Below, one piece after another: positions 1 through 12,680 of a stretch of DNA of 64,000 nucleotides. The DNA is taken from the NCBI GenBank assembly GCA_951406725.2, contig OX597825.1, forward strand, positions 88,288,001 through 88,352,000. Reading direction: 5' to 3'. Origin of the DNA: Octopus vulgaris (taxonomy: Eukaryota). The notes under the pieces are model-generated. The model saw only the letters and a list, made by a program, of their open reading frames with translations. It searched no databases and was not told where the DNA came from. The stretch's first letter is position 1. Each line of letters opens with the position of its first letter. The position numbers were made by a program, and so were the translations under genes.

Positions 1-117
1 CTGGGCAACAATGAATCATGTGTAAGTAAAATGTTTACAATAGAATCATATATATATATATAAATACGGTGTACGTTTAAACACATAACAGGCATCCATC
101 ATAAGACTCCTTCGTCG

Positions 118-266
118 GAATTCTAAACAAAACTGTCCGACGAACGGCAACGTGCAACTCTGAGTAACATCTTCTGTGATAAATTTGCTCTATTATTATT
201 ATTACTCTACCTCTGGTATTCGAGTACTATTCTTTCTACCTTGCTTCGCATTAATGAGCTTACTCT

Positions 267-270
<4 letters not shown>
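118..270 (+). mobile_element. Hammerhead-bearing mini-element, family A (degenerate copy), ending in (TA)n
   Basis: Reads gaattcta..ctgt-CCGACGA-acg gcaa cgt-GCAAC-tctgag-TA-acat (133-170). Positions 200-270 match the reverse complement of 2279-2350 and run straight into (TA)n. Confidence 0.7.
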
Positions 271-356
<86 letters not shown>

Positions 357-1018
357 CATGTATGTAAATGTATATATACACACACTCACATACACGCACA
401 CACACATAAATATATATATATATATATGTATGTATGTATTTGTATGAAAGGTACAGTTATTGAAGAAGAGGGGCTCAGGTGCCTGTAAAACTACTAATTG
501 GCCCTTATGGGAGTGATAACAAATATTTCAAGATTTACTAATTGCATAAAGATAATCTAACACCAGTGGAACACCAGCAGGACATTCAACTTTTAAAGTG
601 GAACGGAATTGGTGAGAACCGTTAGTTGGAAATGCTTTGATTCTACAACGTATATGTTTTTTAAGAATGTTTTATAAATTCGGGAAAAATCTGTGGGAAT
701 CACACTTATATAATATAGCTCACGGTCACACACGTCCGCGTACATATACATATATACATGTGTGTGTGTATGTTTCTGTGTGTGTGTGTGTGTGTGTGTG
801 TCAGTGCGCGTGCATAAATGATTATTTACATCTACTTGTGATATATATGTTATTATGCATATGTGTGTATCTGAATGTATGAACTGGTGTATGCATCAGA
901 CAGGTATATTTAACGTCTATTCTGCTGGATGAATGCAAAAGTGTTGAAATTGTGCTTAACAGGTTATTCAACACTTGTCTGTCACTGGATATATATATAT
1001 GTATGCATACATACATAC

Positions 1019-1081
<63 letters not shown>

Positions 1082-1799
1082 CATGTGTGTGTGTGTGTGT
1101 GTATTAGAAGAAATGAGGTACTCAGAAAATCGGATGGTTTATATTAACAGATATTTATTTGTATATTACATTTTTTATACATCATATAACTTAGATCATG
1201 TATTAGCGCTTTCTTCCATTCTAGTGGGATTTTCAAATCAAACTAAGTTCCTGTGTAAACAGTTTTGACCATTTTATAGTGGTATTGAGTCTGTAGTGGT
1301 GGGGAGGAATATAAGATAGTACAAGAGGGTGATGGATGGGGAGAAAGTGAGAGAGAGAGCATGTGTGTGTATTTGTGTGCGTGCGTGTGCGTGCGTGTGT
1401 GTGTGTGCTTTTGTATGTGAAATGATGCTAAAGAAAAAGTGGGGAAGGGAGAGGAAAGAAGAAAATAATTTTATTTGCTCTGCTGGACAGCATACTTACT
1501 CCAAGGGGGCGTCTAAGAACTTGTGGAAGAAGAATTTCAGTTTTGACCATTTCATAGTGTTATTGAGTGTGTGTGGGCGGGGAGGTAGACCATAAATTAT
1601 ATTTCTTTTATCATTGTGTGTGTGTGTGTTTAATGAGGGATGATCAAATGGTGTTTTGGTTTTAGAGAGAAAGAATTCTTTTTATTATTGTTATGTGGAG
1701 GTGTGTGTGTGCATGCGTGTGGGTGTCTGTGAGTTTGGAGAAGGGAAGAAAGGAGAAGAGGAAAAAAAGTAAGGAGAAATAATTGTGTTGATATTTATA

Positions 1800-1972
1800 C
1801 CATTTTTTCCCCCTGTCCTCCCGTCTCGGGATCTTTCTTTCTCCTATGTTTCCGACGAAGAGCTCCCTCGAAACGTCATACACTCCTTCTTCCATTTTCC
1901 TGAGCGTCTAATAATAATAATACTGTAATTGTTCCACGTGTTGTTGTTTTTTCTGTTTTCCCGTTTGGATTA

Positions 1973-1978
<6 letters not shown>
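1800..1978 (+). mobile_element. Hammerhead-like mini-element, family B, ending in (TA)n
   Basis: Reads tgttt-CCGACGA-a-gag ctcc ctc-GAAAC-GTC-ataca at 1847-1882. Homologous along its length to 57924-58134; both end ..tttggat(t/c)aacctta(TA)n. Confidence 0.7.
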
Positions 1979-2022
<44 letters not shown>

Positions 2023-2075
2023 TCAAAATGAATAATTAAATTACACCATCTACGTAATTTATATATATATATATT

Positions 2076-2107
<32 letters not shown>

Positions 2108-2210
2108 TATATACGGGCGTTGTGTGTGTTTATTGAGCGAAAAAACACCTAAAAGCTCCACGAGGCTCCGGCAGGGGGTGGTGATCCCTGCTGTACTCTT
2201 TCACCACAAT

Positions 2211-2275
2211 GGCGGTGCCCCAGCATGGCCACAGCTCAAAAGCTGAAACTGGAAAAACAAAAACAAAAACAAACA
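2211..2275 (+). mobile_element. 3' tail of a SINE/LINE (ggcggtgccccagcatggccacagc..ctgaaac plus A-rich tail)
   Basis: The same tail occurs on the minus strand at ~11478-11540, ~44750-44803 and ~47415-47455. Confidence 0.6.
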
Positions 2276-2278
2276 AAT

Positions 2279-2517
2279 ATACCGGAGTAAACACATAAAT
2301 GTGAAACAAGGTGGAAAAAAGAGTACTCAAATACCAGTGGTAGAGTAATATGCTTTATTTAAAGCAGCAGAAAATTCATCAAAATCTGTTACTCTGAGTT
2401 TCTCGTTGCCGTTCATCAGACAGTTTTTGCTAGAATTCTAGCAAAAACTGTCTGATGAACGGCAACGATATACTCAGAGTAACAGATTTTGTTGAATTTT
2501 CTGCTGCTTTAAATAAA

Positions 2518-2520
<3 letters not shown>
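2279..2520. repeat. Spacer-less 170-bp palindrome (2351-2520) made of two head-to-head family A elements
   Basis: Centre is tagaattcta (2431-2440). Arms are 85 bp with 4 mismatches. The right arm ends in (TA)n; the left copy extends to 2279. Confidence 0.95.
2380..2429 (-). ncRNA. Minimal type I hammerhead ribozyme motif, core intact
   Basis: Minus strand reads CAAAA-A-CUGU CUGAUGA ACG-GCAA-CGA GAAA CUC-A-GAG UA ACAG-A-UUUUG. This gives helix I, the CUGAUGA core, a GNRA-capped helix II, GAAA, a palindromic helix III and a GUA cleavage triplet. Confidence 0.8.
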
Positions 2521-2561
<41 letters not shown>

Positions 2562-2569
2562 ATATATAC

Positions 2570-2603
<34 letters not shown>

Positions 2604-2625
2604 GTATATATACGTGTATATATAC

Positions 2626-2671
<46 letters not shown>

Positions 2672-3530
2672 GTATATATATATGTATGTATGTATGTATG
2701 TGTGTTTCAATAAAATATTACCGAAATAGCTGTCGTAAATTAGGACTTAATTTATATATATACATGCACACACACATATTTTAAAATTTTATTGAAGCAG
2801 CCATAGACAGTTGCATCGTATCTTATAATAAATTGTCATCATCATCATCATCATGTCAAATTTCAAACAGATGAGAGTTCTTACATCGACGTGGACGAAT
2901 ACAATTGACGTTGTATCATTGGTTCATTGAAATTTACATTTTATAAAACAAGCAAAGAAGGAACAGTGAGATCGCACGAGCGTACTCTTTAAATTCGCTT
3001 TTCTAAATTAGTTTGTGGTTAAGATTACGAGCAGCCGAATAATGCAGCAATCCACAGACATATTGCACTCACGAGTTGTGATTATAAACTCATTGAAACC
3101 AAGCTGATATTATATATCATATATTATAATTATCTAAAGAGATAATTTATGCGGTTCTCGACGACAAAATACAGAACTTGGCATCAACGTTCTCCTTATT
3201 GTACCCAGCTGAAATACAATAGATACACCCACACTCCACACATCAGCACACATACACACACACATACGTAACTATGAATACATTATTCAATATGATTATA
3301 CGTTGATTAAAGCAAATCATTGTTATGTTAGTGGAGATATGTTGTGATGTGTTTTTGTTATTAAATCCTCACTCTGTTAATATTGTTACTGTCCCCGAAA
3401 CTCTTTTTATTCTTTCTCTTTTCATGTCTCACCTTTTGCCAATCAAACTATCTGTTTACCTTTGACAGGTCACACTGTCACCTGTTTCTTTCTAACCTAA
3501 CTTACCATTTTAAATAGTCAGTACATAAAT

Positions 3531-6500
3531 TCCTTTATGTCAGGTCGCTCTGGAGTGCTACGGGTACCATGTAGCCCAGTACAACCTGTTCCATGATTGG
3601 ATCATCAGCGACTAAACTGGCAACCCCACCAGGCTTGCTTGGTGAGGTGGGTGCTTGTTGAACACCATATGGGACAAAAAATAAGACCTCTCAAAAGGCG
3701 GAGGAACTACAACATGGTCGACGGTCATTCAACTATGTGTGTTCGTGGAGTGTTTGTGTGTGTGTATTGTAAAAACTGTGTTCTTTTTTTTCTTTTTAAT
3801 TGTATATATCGTATGGGCAATGGGCAGGTCCTTCTGGTCCTGGCGGGTAGTGAGACGTCCCCGCCAACCAAGAGTCTCCTGCTGCCTTGCGGGTAAGTGT
3901 TTTTGGTTAATCAAAGGCTAGGGAATAAACCGTATCCAGAGTGGAGCCCCTAAGGCGGTTATGTGATGAAGTCCATCATCTCTCCGGCAGCGCCTGTAGT
4001 CCAGTCGAGACTAGGATGTGTCGTCTTTCGTCCCTAGCTTCCTGGCTAGATCGACTAGACCGGGAGGGGAGGTGCCCTTGGTTTGGGCAACCGAAGGACT
4101 CCACAGTTCTCTTGCCCAGGAATCAGTGACCCCACCCCTTCTACATCTTCTTCCAAGTCCTGAGGCGAGGAGCGAGGAGCGAGCGGTGACAGTGGCAGGT
4201 GCAGGGTGGCGCTGGGAGCTACTAGCCATGGACCTGGTCATTCTTCAGCCTATCGGAGCAAGGGCGTAGTTCGGCAGCTACTCTGACGACGTAGTAGCCC
4301 TCTTCAGGGATAGCACTGATCCCCCCACCACTTAGGGAGAAGGGTCTATAAAAGGTGACCAAAAGAAAGCTTACCTCATCTCATCCTGTCAGCATACCGC
4401 AGCTGACTGGTCATCCATCACGCGGTCGAAACATGAAAGAAATACGAAAGAAGAACCGAAAATCCTCCCACCGGAAAAGCACTTTATGTGTTGGAGACTG
4501 GAACATCAGGACACTCATGGACAACCAAAACTGTGACAGACCAGAACGTCGAACAACACTTGTGGGTCGTGAACTGCAGAGATCCAGCACTGATGTTGCT
4601 GCCCTCAGCGAGACACACCTTGCTGACGCGGGGGAGATCACCGAGGCTGGAGCTGGATACACATTCTTTTGGTTAGAGAAGGCCCCGGAGGAACGCAGGG
4701 AAGAAGCCTTTGGCTTTGCCATTCGCACCGCCCTCGTCAAGAACCTGGAGTCCCTCCAAGAGGTGTCAGCGACCGCCGAATGGTGATAAGAATTCCTCTC
4801 CAACCAAGATGCACCTGACACTCATCAGTTCTTACACCCCCACCGCGACCTACACTCTGGAGCTGAGAGAGCTGTTCTATCAGAAACTCACCAAAGTGAT
4901 ACGGTCAGTTCCTAAAGACGATAAGCTGCTGATACTCGGGGATTTCAATGCTCGTGTAGGCAGAGATGCCCAGTCTTGGCCACATGGCATCGGACATGAG
5001 AATACCAACGGTCAACTGCTACTCAACTTCTGCGCTGAACAGAGACTCACCATCACCAATACATTGTACCAACTGCCTGACATCCACAAGGCTACCTGGA
5101 TGCACAAGATCCAAGCATTGGCACCTGATTTACTATATAAGCACCAGGCGCCATGATGTCCAGGATGTTCGCATCAATAGGGCAATGAGGGAAGCTGACT
5201 GCTGGACAGATCACCTGCTGTTGAGGTGCAGACTGTCCTTTTCCATCGTCGGTAGACACAGACGCCAGAAAGCTGGTGTTAAAAAGAAGCTAGACATCTA
5301 GAAAGTCAATGAACCAAAATCAAAAGAGACCCTCATTGCCAACCTTACGAACCAGCTTGACCATCTACTTGCCTTATCATTGGCCAAACAAATGGGAAAC
5401 ATCAAGATTACTTTGACAACAACAAGGAGATTACCACCCTCCACCAGGAGAAGAAAGAAGCCTTCACAGCATGGCTTAACGACAAAGACTCCTAAGCCAA
5501 GTACGACCGCCTCAAGAACATCAGAGGAAAGGTGCAGAATGAGCTGCGACAGATGAAAGAAAAATGGTGGGGAAACAAGGCTGCAGAACTACAGCAGTAT
5601 GCAGACGAGCACAACCCCAAGAAGTTCTTTGCCGGCCTGAAAGACATGTATGGCCCCACGCTAAATGCAATGGTACCTGTGTGCTCTGCCGATGGAACCC
5701 TGCTTACTGAGAAGAGCAACATCATACAGCACTTGAGTGAACACTTCAGTCAGCTGCTAAACAGAACTTCCCATATTGACATGCAGGCCATCCAAGACAT
5801 GCCATAGTGCCCAATCCTGGTGTCGCTTGATGCCCCCCAAAAACTGGCAGAAATCCAGAAGGCCATGAAGCAGCTACATGTGGGGAAAGCACCTGGTCCT
5901 AACGGAATATCCTCAGAGATCTTCAAAGAGGGAGGTGAAGCTGTTACGAGCAATCTGACTGAGCTTATACAGCATTTCTAGGACGAAGGTTTGGTGCCGC
6001 AGGACTTCAAGGATGCCAACATCGTGCATCTGTACAAAAACAAGTGTGGAAGAGCTTAATGTGACAACCGCAAAGGTATCTCATTGCTGAGCATCGCAGG
6101 AAAGATCATGGTCCTAGTTTTTTCTGAACCGCATCACACACCACCTGCTGGACGACGTGGTCGTGGTTAGTGAGTTTGGATTTAGGAATAACAGGGGGAC
6201 AATAGACATGGTCTTTGCAGTACGGCAGCTACAAGAGAAGTGCCGAGAACAAAACCAGAACCTCTACACCCTCTTCGTGAGCCAGGCAAAAGCTTTTGAC
6301 ACTATCAGCCGTGAGGGCCTGTGGGATATCTTGTCCAAGCTGGGCTGCCCACCAAAGCTTGTCAGTCATATCACGATAGCATGATGGCTCGTGGAAAACT
6401 GAGATGTCTCTGATCCATTCCCGGTTTCCAATGGTGTGAAGCAAGGACGCGTGAAGGCTCTCACACTCTTCAGCCTCATGTTTACCACCATGCTCTTCCG

Positions 6501-7569
6501 CGCCCTGTCAAAGTCTGATGCTGGTGTCACTATTCGCTACAGATGTGACGGCCAATTCTTTGACCTCAGACGTATGAAGGCAAAAACCAAAGTCCTGGAC
6601 GCCCTAGTGAGAGACTTCCTGTTTGCAGACAATTGTGCGCTTGCGGCATTGAATGAACCAGACCTGCAAGAACTTGCTGCCACTTCTCTCGCAGAAGCAG
6701 CAAAAGCCTTCGGACTGACCATTAGCCTGCGAGAAACCGAAGTGATGATTCAGCTTACACCTGGTCTGGCACCTCATGAGCCTCAGATTGAGATTGAGGG
6801 CACAACTCTGAACAACGTGGAGAGCTTTACATACCTGGGAAGCTGCCTGTCCTCAAACTGCAGCATGGCCAAAGATATCTCCATAAGGCTTGAAAAAGCA
6901 GGAGCTTCATTTGGCGGAATTTGGACACGTTTGTGGGCTGAACGAGGCATCAGATTTCCATCAAGCTGGCAGTGTATAGGGTAGTGGTCATCAACTCTTT
7001 GCTCTACGGCTGTGGGACGTGGACGCTGTACAGGAGGCGAATGCGAATACTTGACTATTTCCACACCCGCTGCTTGCGACGAATCATGGGAATTTCCTGG
7101 GAGGACAGAATCTCCAATATTGAGGTGCTTCGCAGAGCCGAAGCCCTCATCATGAAGGCCCAGCTCCGGTGGGTCGGACATGTGGTCCAAATGGACGACA
7201 CGCGTCTACCAAAGATGATTTCCTCTCTGAGCTGGCTTCTGGAGCAAGAAACCCTGGAAGACCACTGAGGCGATACAAAGACAGCCTGAAAACTACCCTT
7301 GAGGCCTGCGGCATTTCAGCCTGTGGCTGGGAATCGCTTGCCTCTACCGCGGTGCATGGAATCCAGCTGTCCAAAAGGGTGTTAGTCTGTTTGGGGAAAA
7401 GCGCCTCAAGAGCCGGGACCAAAAGCGACAAGCCCCGAAAGAGAGGCTACCCAACCCTACTTCTGTTTTTGCATGCCCAACCTGTGGCCGCGTCTACGCG
7501 TCCGCCTTTGGGTTCCGCTCCCACCTCCGTCGTCACTCACGTCATTGTCGAACCCCGACAGACTTCCAT
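3531..7569 (+). mobile_element. RTE-clade LINE (BovB-like), apparently full length, decayed
   Basis: GC-rich 5' region followed by APE and RT coding remnants. Candidate 9-bp TSD tacataaat at 3522-3530 and 7570-7578. Confidence 0.9.
4433..7540 (+). pseudogene. Disrupted RTE ORF: AP endonuclease, reverse transcriptase and C-terminal C2H2 finger
   Basis: Motifs WNIRTL, DVAALSETHL, LILGDFNARVG, WTDHLL, GKAPGPNGI, GFRNNRGTIDMVFAVRQLQEKCREQN, FLFADNC (FADD mutated), FTYLGS, QLRWVGHV, CPTCGRVYASAFGFRSHLRRH. Many stops and frameshifts. Confidence 0.95.
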
Positions 7570-7904
7570 TACATAAATCATTACTGCTATGGCGTCCGGT
7601 ACTCTAAAATGTTCGAATGTCTGCATTGTTTTAAAATATTGTGTTGATATAAAACATTGATTTACTTTTCTTCCGCTCATAAATTTTAAGGAAAGTTACA
7701 TTTATTTCTTTGTCAAAGTTTACACTGTAAAATTGCGTAGTCTTGTCTTCAGCGTCGAAACTTTGAAAATGTACAATTGGCAGCATTTGTCAGAAATCGT
7801 ACATTTTCCCGATTGTCTCCTTTCATTTCGACGTCCGAGGTTAAGACGAATATTATTCACTTCTTATAATCTAGTTAAACAAAAGCATGATTTGAACAGT
7901 TACA

Positions 7905-8894
7905 TTACTTTCCGATACGGTCTTCTTGATTTTCAATCCACTTTTCTCAGCGGTTCATAAAAATTGTTTATTCTATCGGAGGAGATGTGTTTTGGTCGGT
8001 CGTGCAGCCAATTATGCACCGCTTCCTGCACATTATAGCTCACAGAAAATCGATGGCTTGATAAAAGATGTCTGAGAGGTCGAAGGAGCGAGAATGGAAT
8101 GTATCCAGAGCCTTCTAGCAACTCTAGATACAATTTCTCAATAGTATGGACGGTGTGTACGTGAGCGCACGAAGTAACCTTTCCTTTAACACGAGGCCTC
8201 GGTTTCTGGAACAAATTGCTGGTGTCAGTATATTGATCAGCCTTTCTCTGACTTCAGACTGCGTTTGCAGGTTGTGTTCTAGTAATGGCTCCCTTGCTTT
8301 CCCCAAAATGGTTAGCATATATTTTTTCTGCGGCAAGTTGAATCTTCAATTCCTTTTTCGCCGGCGATTCCGGGTGTTTCTACCTTTCTTTTTGGATTCA
8401 AATTCAAAGTAACTGATTCATATCTCATCTCGTGTGACCATTCTCTCCAAAAATGCTCCGCCTTCATCTTTATGGCGGTCGAGTAAGTGTTTACAGTCTC
8501 TATATGATGGCATTGATGCGCTTCAGTAAGCAAGCTCTCTTGGCTTACCGAAGCGCACAGACTTTACAAAAGAAAAGTTTGTGGATATGTGCAGAATCGT
8601 AACGAATAAGCAGAAAACAAATCCCCTCATCGGAGCCATCTCTCGAGCTTCTTGAATGTTCGCATCAGTGGTCGACGTTGATGCTGTCCTGTTCCATCTT
8701 CATGCTTCACGCTTCAGTGGTCAACGTTTAAAATTCTCAATCCTCCGAGACACATATCTACATGACAGTGTCCTGCGCCCGCATTGCACGGAAGCCTGTG
8801 ATAAATTTGTGCCCCCTCCCCTGCACCTCAGACCCGAGAACTCATATCACTGGTTTCTCGTCTAACCTGATGCATACGCCAGCGTAGCAGCCAT
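7905..8894 (-). pseudogene. Decayed mariner (Tc1/mariner) transposase
   Basis: Minus-strand fragments MAA.., STSTTDANIQEAREM, KKYMLTIL, HTVHTIEKLYLELLE, HRFSVSYNVQEAVHNWLHDRPK follow mariner transposase order. TIRs not identified. Confidence 0.8.
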
Positions 8895-9296
8895 GTTAAC
8901 CCTGTAACGCATGGATGAATATTAGAGTGATCAAAGTGTAACATATGTTACTTAATCAAACGAGCGCCACCTATTAGTATGCTAACACCGATGGCAGGGC
9001 AGCATATTTAAAGAACACTTTAGCCTAAGAGCAGATAACTTCTTAATTCTCCAACTATTTACATAGGGGCTGCGTTTGTTTTACGCAGGGAATTTCACTT
9101 GTGACGGATATTATTGGTACAGCATGATTTGGAGCTACTATTAATGGAGTCGTTGATAAGGTTTGTGTGTGTATATATATTCTGTATGTTGCATGTCTCG
9201 TTTTGCTGTTTTTATCGTTGTTCGAAAAAAGTTCGTTTTCTATATTTTTGTTTTCGTTTCTCATTATGTTCAATGATGTTTTGATATCCTATAACC

Positions 9297-9330
<34 letters not shown>

Positions 9331-9333
<3 letters not shown>

Positions 9334-9698
9334 CTTATATAATACCATTATTATTATTTATCGAATTGTATAAATCGATGCTACTTAACTTCTTATCACA
9401 AACCACCACAGTAACAGCACAGGAAAGTTTGTTTCGAAAAGCAACACTATTAACTAATTATAGTTCTTAAATCTGAGGGAAAGCAGCGTAAAGGACAGCA
9501 CGCTTGTCGCGAAAACAAGAATGTGTGGGTCCGAGTCCCACGCGTACAAGAAAACCTAGTTTTTCTCTGTCAAGGGCTTATATGCCCCATTATTACACTA
9601 TTTTATTTCGTAATTTCGCGGTGATCGCTTATAAGCTTTAAGCTTATAAACTACTATTATTATTATTTACAGACTTGTAAAAATCGATGCTGCTTGAC
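9331..9698 (+). repeat. Element bounded by ~59-bp imperfect direct repeats (309-bp period) enclosing a tRNA-like sequence
   Basis: aagcttata..attattattattta..ttgta.aaatcgatgct.ctt.ac occurs at 9331-9389 and 9640-9698. It starts right after (TA)n. Confidence 0.75.
9480..9547 (+). pseudogene. tRNA-derived sequence (SINE-head-like)
   Basis: A-box-like cAGCGTAAAGG; anticodon-like arm CTTGT-cgcgaaa-ACAAG; T-arm GTGGG-tccgagt-CCCAC. Acceptor stem does not pair. T5 run at 9560-9564. Confidence 0.6.
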
Positions 9699-9757
9699 AA
9701 ATACTATCTCCGTAAATAACGTGTGTGTGTGTGTGTGTATGCATATATTTATATCTA

Positions 9758-9827
<70 letters not shown>

Positions 9828-10221
9828 CACACACATATATAGATATATATTCACATGTATTTATGTGTGTGCTTGGGTGGATGTACACATGTATTCAATG
9901 TTTCAATCTGCTACGTACATATTGGCAGCAGTAACAAAATCCACCAAGCTCTTCAGTGGACGGAAATTTTCAAATAAATAATCATCAGAAACACATCTTT
10001 TTGAGAATCTCTCAGGAAATTATGTGAAATAGAAAAAAAATATATATATAGATATATGTATTCATTATGAGATACAAAATCAACAAAGTGATGAAAGGAA
10101 CTGTTGGTTTTGAATGGTTAACAATGGATGCACACAGCATACATAAACTCACGCACATGGATGCATACACGCGCACACACATGGATGAATACAAACACAC
10201 ACACACACACATACATACACA

Positions 10222-10271
<50 letters not shown>

Positions 10272-10277
10272 ATGTAC

Positions 10278-10436
10278 ACGGGCATGACAGTGTGATAAGA
10301 CGTTTTCTTCGCAGCCACACAGCCCCGGGATCAGCCTACTGTGAGCAGCTTTAACTAGGCATTTTCTCCTACAACCTCGGGCCGAACAAAATCTTGTTAA
10401 CTAGATTTGGTATACGGATCATGAACGAAGTACCGC

Positions 10437-10440
<4 letters not shown>
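10278..10440 (+). mobile_element. Diverged tRNA-derived SINE 5' half (family of 21795-21952)
   Basis: Shares ccac..cgggatcag..cgggccga.caaa..cttgt..gatttggta.acgga..tgaa.gaag with 21795-21952 and ends in (TA)n. Confidence 0.6.
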
Positions 10441-10495
<55 letters not shown>

Positions 10496-10655
10496 TGTTT
10501 TTTATGTTTGTTTTTGTGTATGTGTGTGTGTATGTGTCTGCGCGCGTGCACGCGTGTGTATGTGTCAAGTGATGGATTCAAGTGTTTCGTTTATTTACGA
10601 GTCGATTTCTTAATTTCAGCGGAGTATAAATACCCATTATGATGATGCTTAAATC

Positions 10656-10693
<38 letters not shown>

Positions 10694-11475
10694 TCAGTTC
10701 AATTAAAAAAAGGTATGTGTAAGCGAAAAACTTTCTCTGCGCGCAGGCTAGTTTCCATTGCTTTTCCTGTCTCTGGTAACATTTCCGTGCAATATTCACG
10801 TGATATACATTAATGTTTGATATTGAGGAAATAATATTTGCAACATTATAAAAAATAAGTGGATTGAAATCAATATAACATTAGTCATTGTTTCGAGCTT
10901 GTTGGAAAAATATCTTTCGACGATGGCATGGAATTTTGTTGGACACTGAATAATTACTCATAGCAATCAATTAAATATAAGCAGTGCAAGATATACTAGA
11001 TTTCAAGCGAGAGCCGTTTCAATTCTGAAACATAGAAGAAAGTATATTACACAACTGCCTTTCAAGTAATATTTGTGAAATATCACAATGTTTAGGGCCT
11101 CTTTGTGGACATTGTTCATTCAGCCAGATTTATATGCACATTGGATTAAAAGAAAAAAACTTTCTTATATTTATGATATACAAAAATTTTATAAGACGCG
11201 AAAATAACAGTTTTTTCGTTGCTTCGTCTCCAAGGTGTGTAAATCAATTCGAAACACTTTGCCAGACAATTAAACTTGCTTGTTTTTACCAGAAGGAACT
11301 CGCTGAGAAATTTCTCAGCTTCGTCCCGTTCCACGTTTACAAGCAACGTCTAAATATCATGCACATTGTATTTTTCATTTAGGATACCGCCAAATGTTTT
11401 GCGTACGCACACATAATCACATACCCACGCGCATACACACACACACACAGATACACACACAAACAAATACACACA

Positions 11476-11672
11476 CACATTTATCTTCGATCGTATACTT
11501 GTTTCAGTCGTTAGAGTGTGGCCATACTGGGGCACGGCCTTAACGAATTTCTATTTGAATGAATCGACCTCAGGATGTATTTTTTAAAGCCTGGCACTTC
11601 TTTTATCGACCTATTTTGTCGATGCGCTAGGCTAGAGGGACGTAAACCAACCAATGCAGATTGACCATCGGC
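11476..11672 (-). mobile_element. SINE 3' half
   Basis: cttgtttcagtc..tgtggccatactggggcac is the reverse complement of the tail at 2211-2250. An internal atcgacc/ttttatcgac Nin/Deu-like segment is present. Confidence 0.6.
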
Positions 11673-11675
11673 ATA

Positions 11676-11758
<83 letters not shown>

Positions 11759-12611
11759 TACGGTGCTAATCATTTCAACACCGAGATCTAAGGAATGTAT
11801 TTCAGCAATAAAGATGTGAGGTTATTTGTGTTTAGAATGTCAGAATTAAATTAGGCGCTAATGAATTTGAAATTTACAGAGATGATAATTCTGTTAAGTG
11901 TGTGCGTGCATGTGTGTGTGTGTGTGTGTGTGTGAGTGTGCGCGTATGTGTGTGTTCCACATTCTATTTAATTACGCTTCAAATCCAATCCTATTTGTGT
12001 TGTGTTTCGACACCCACAAATATTTATAAACAGCTACATTCTCATAGTTACAACTAGAATTATACACAAATTCACTTTAAAATGAAACATTATTAATTGT
12101 CGAGATAAAAATACCAACCCAGTCCCTATAAGGTAGTATTGTTTTAGAATGAGGTTTGCAAAACCTGAGCTGGTGCATCGTATAGTGAGTTCAATAATTT
12201 CATTATACTAATGCATTATTGAATTGTTGTAAAAATAGCATATCTCCTGCTTTCTAATTCGATTTCCAAAACACACGTTCAGTAAACATGCTTTTAACTT
12301 AATCAAGATAATGCTAAAATGAAGAATAAACCGTATACCAAGGCAGAATCATTGGTGACAAAAATACTATGCTTTGCATTTAACGTTTAAAACGGTTTAC
12401 GTCCGAAAACTATAGTGTTCTTCGAGATCACTTGTATTCCTCTTTCACAATGTCTCAGTTGTAGTATGTGTAAGTGCAGGTAAAATAATTGAATATTCAT
12501 CAAGTATACTGTACGAAATTTCTCAGCATATTTATTAAAAATACATCTCAATATTGAAATATGATTGATGTTATCAATACGAAAGTTGGAGACTATCCAA
12601 CAACATGAATG

Positions 12612-12680
<69 letters not shown>

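Noticed and set aside
3544-3613. CTGATGA plus hairpin on the minus strand near the RTE 5' end as a hammerhead
   Set aside because: No GAAA follows helix II (tcca atca tgga acagg), and no UH precedes the helix I partner.
9955-9995. CTGATGA..GAAAATTTC on the minus strand
   Set aside because: Neither helix I nor helix II can pair.
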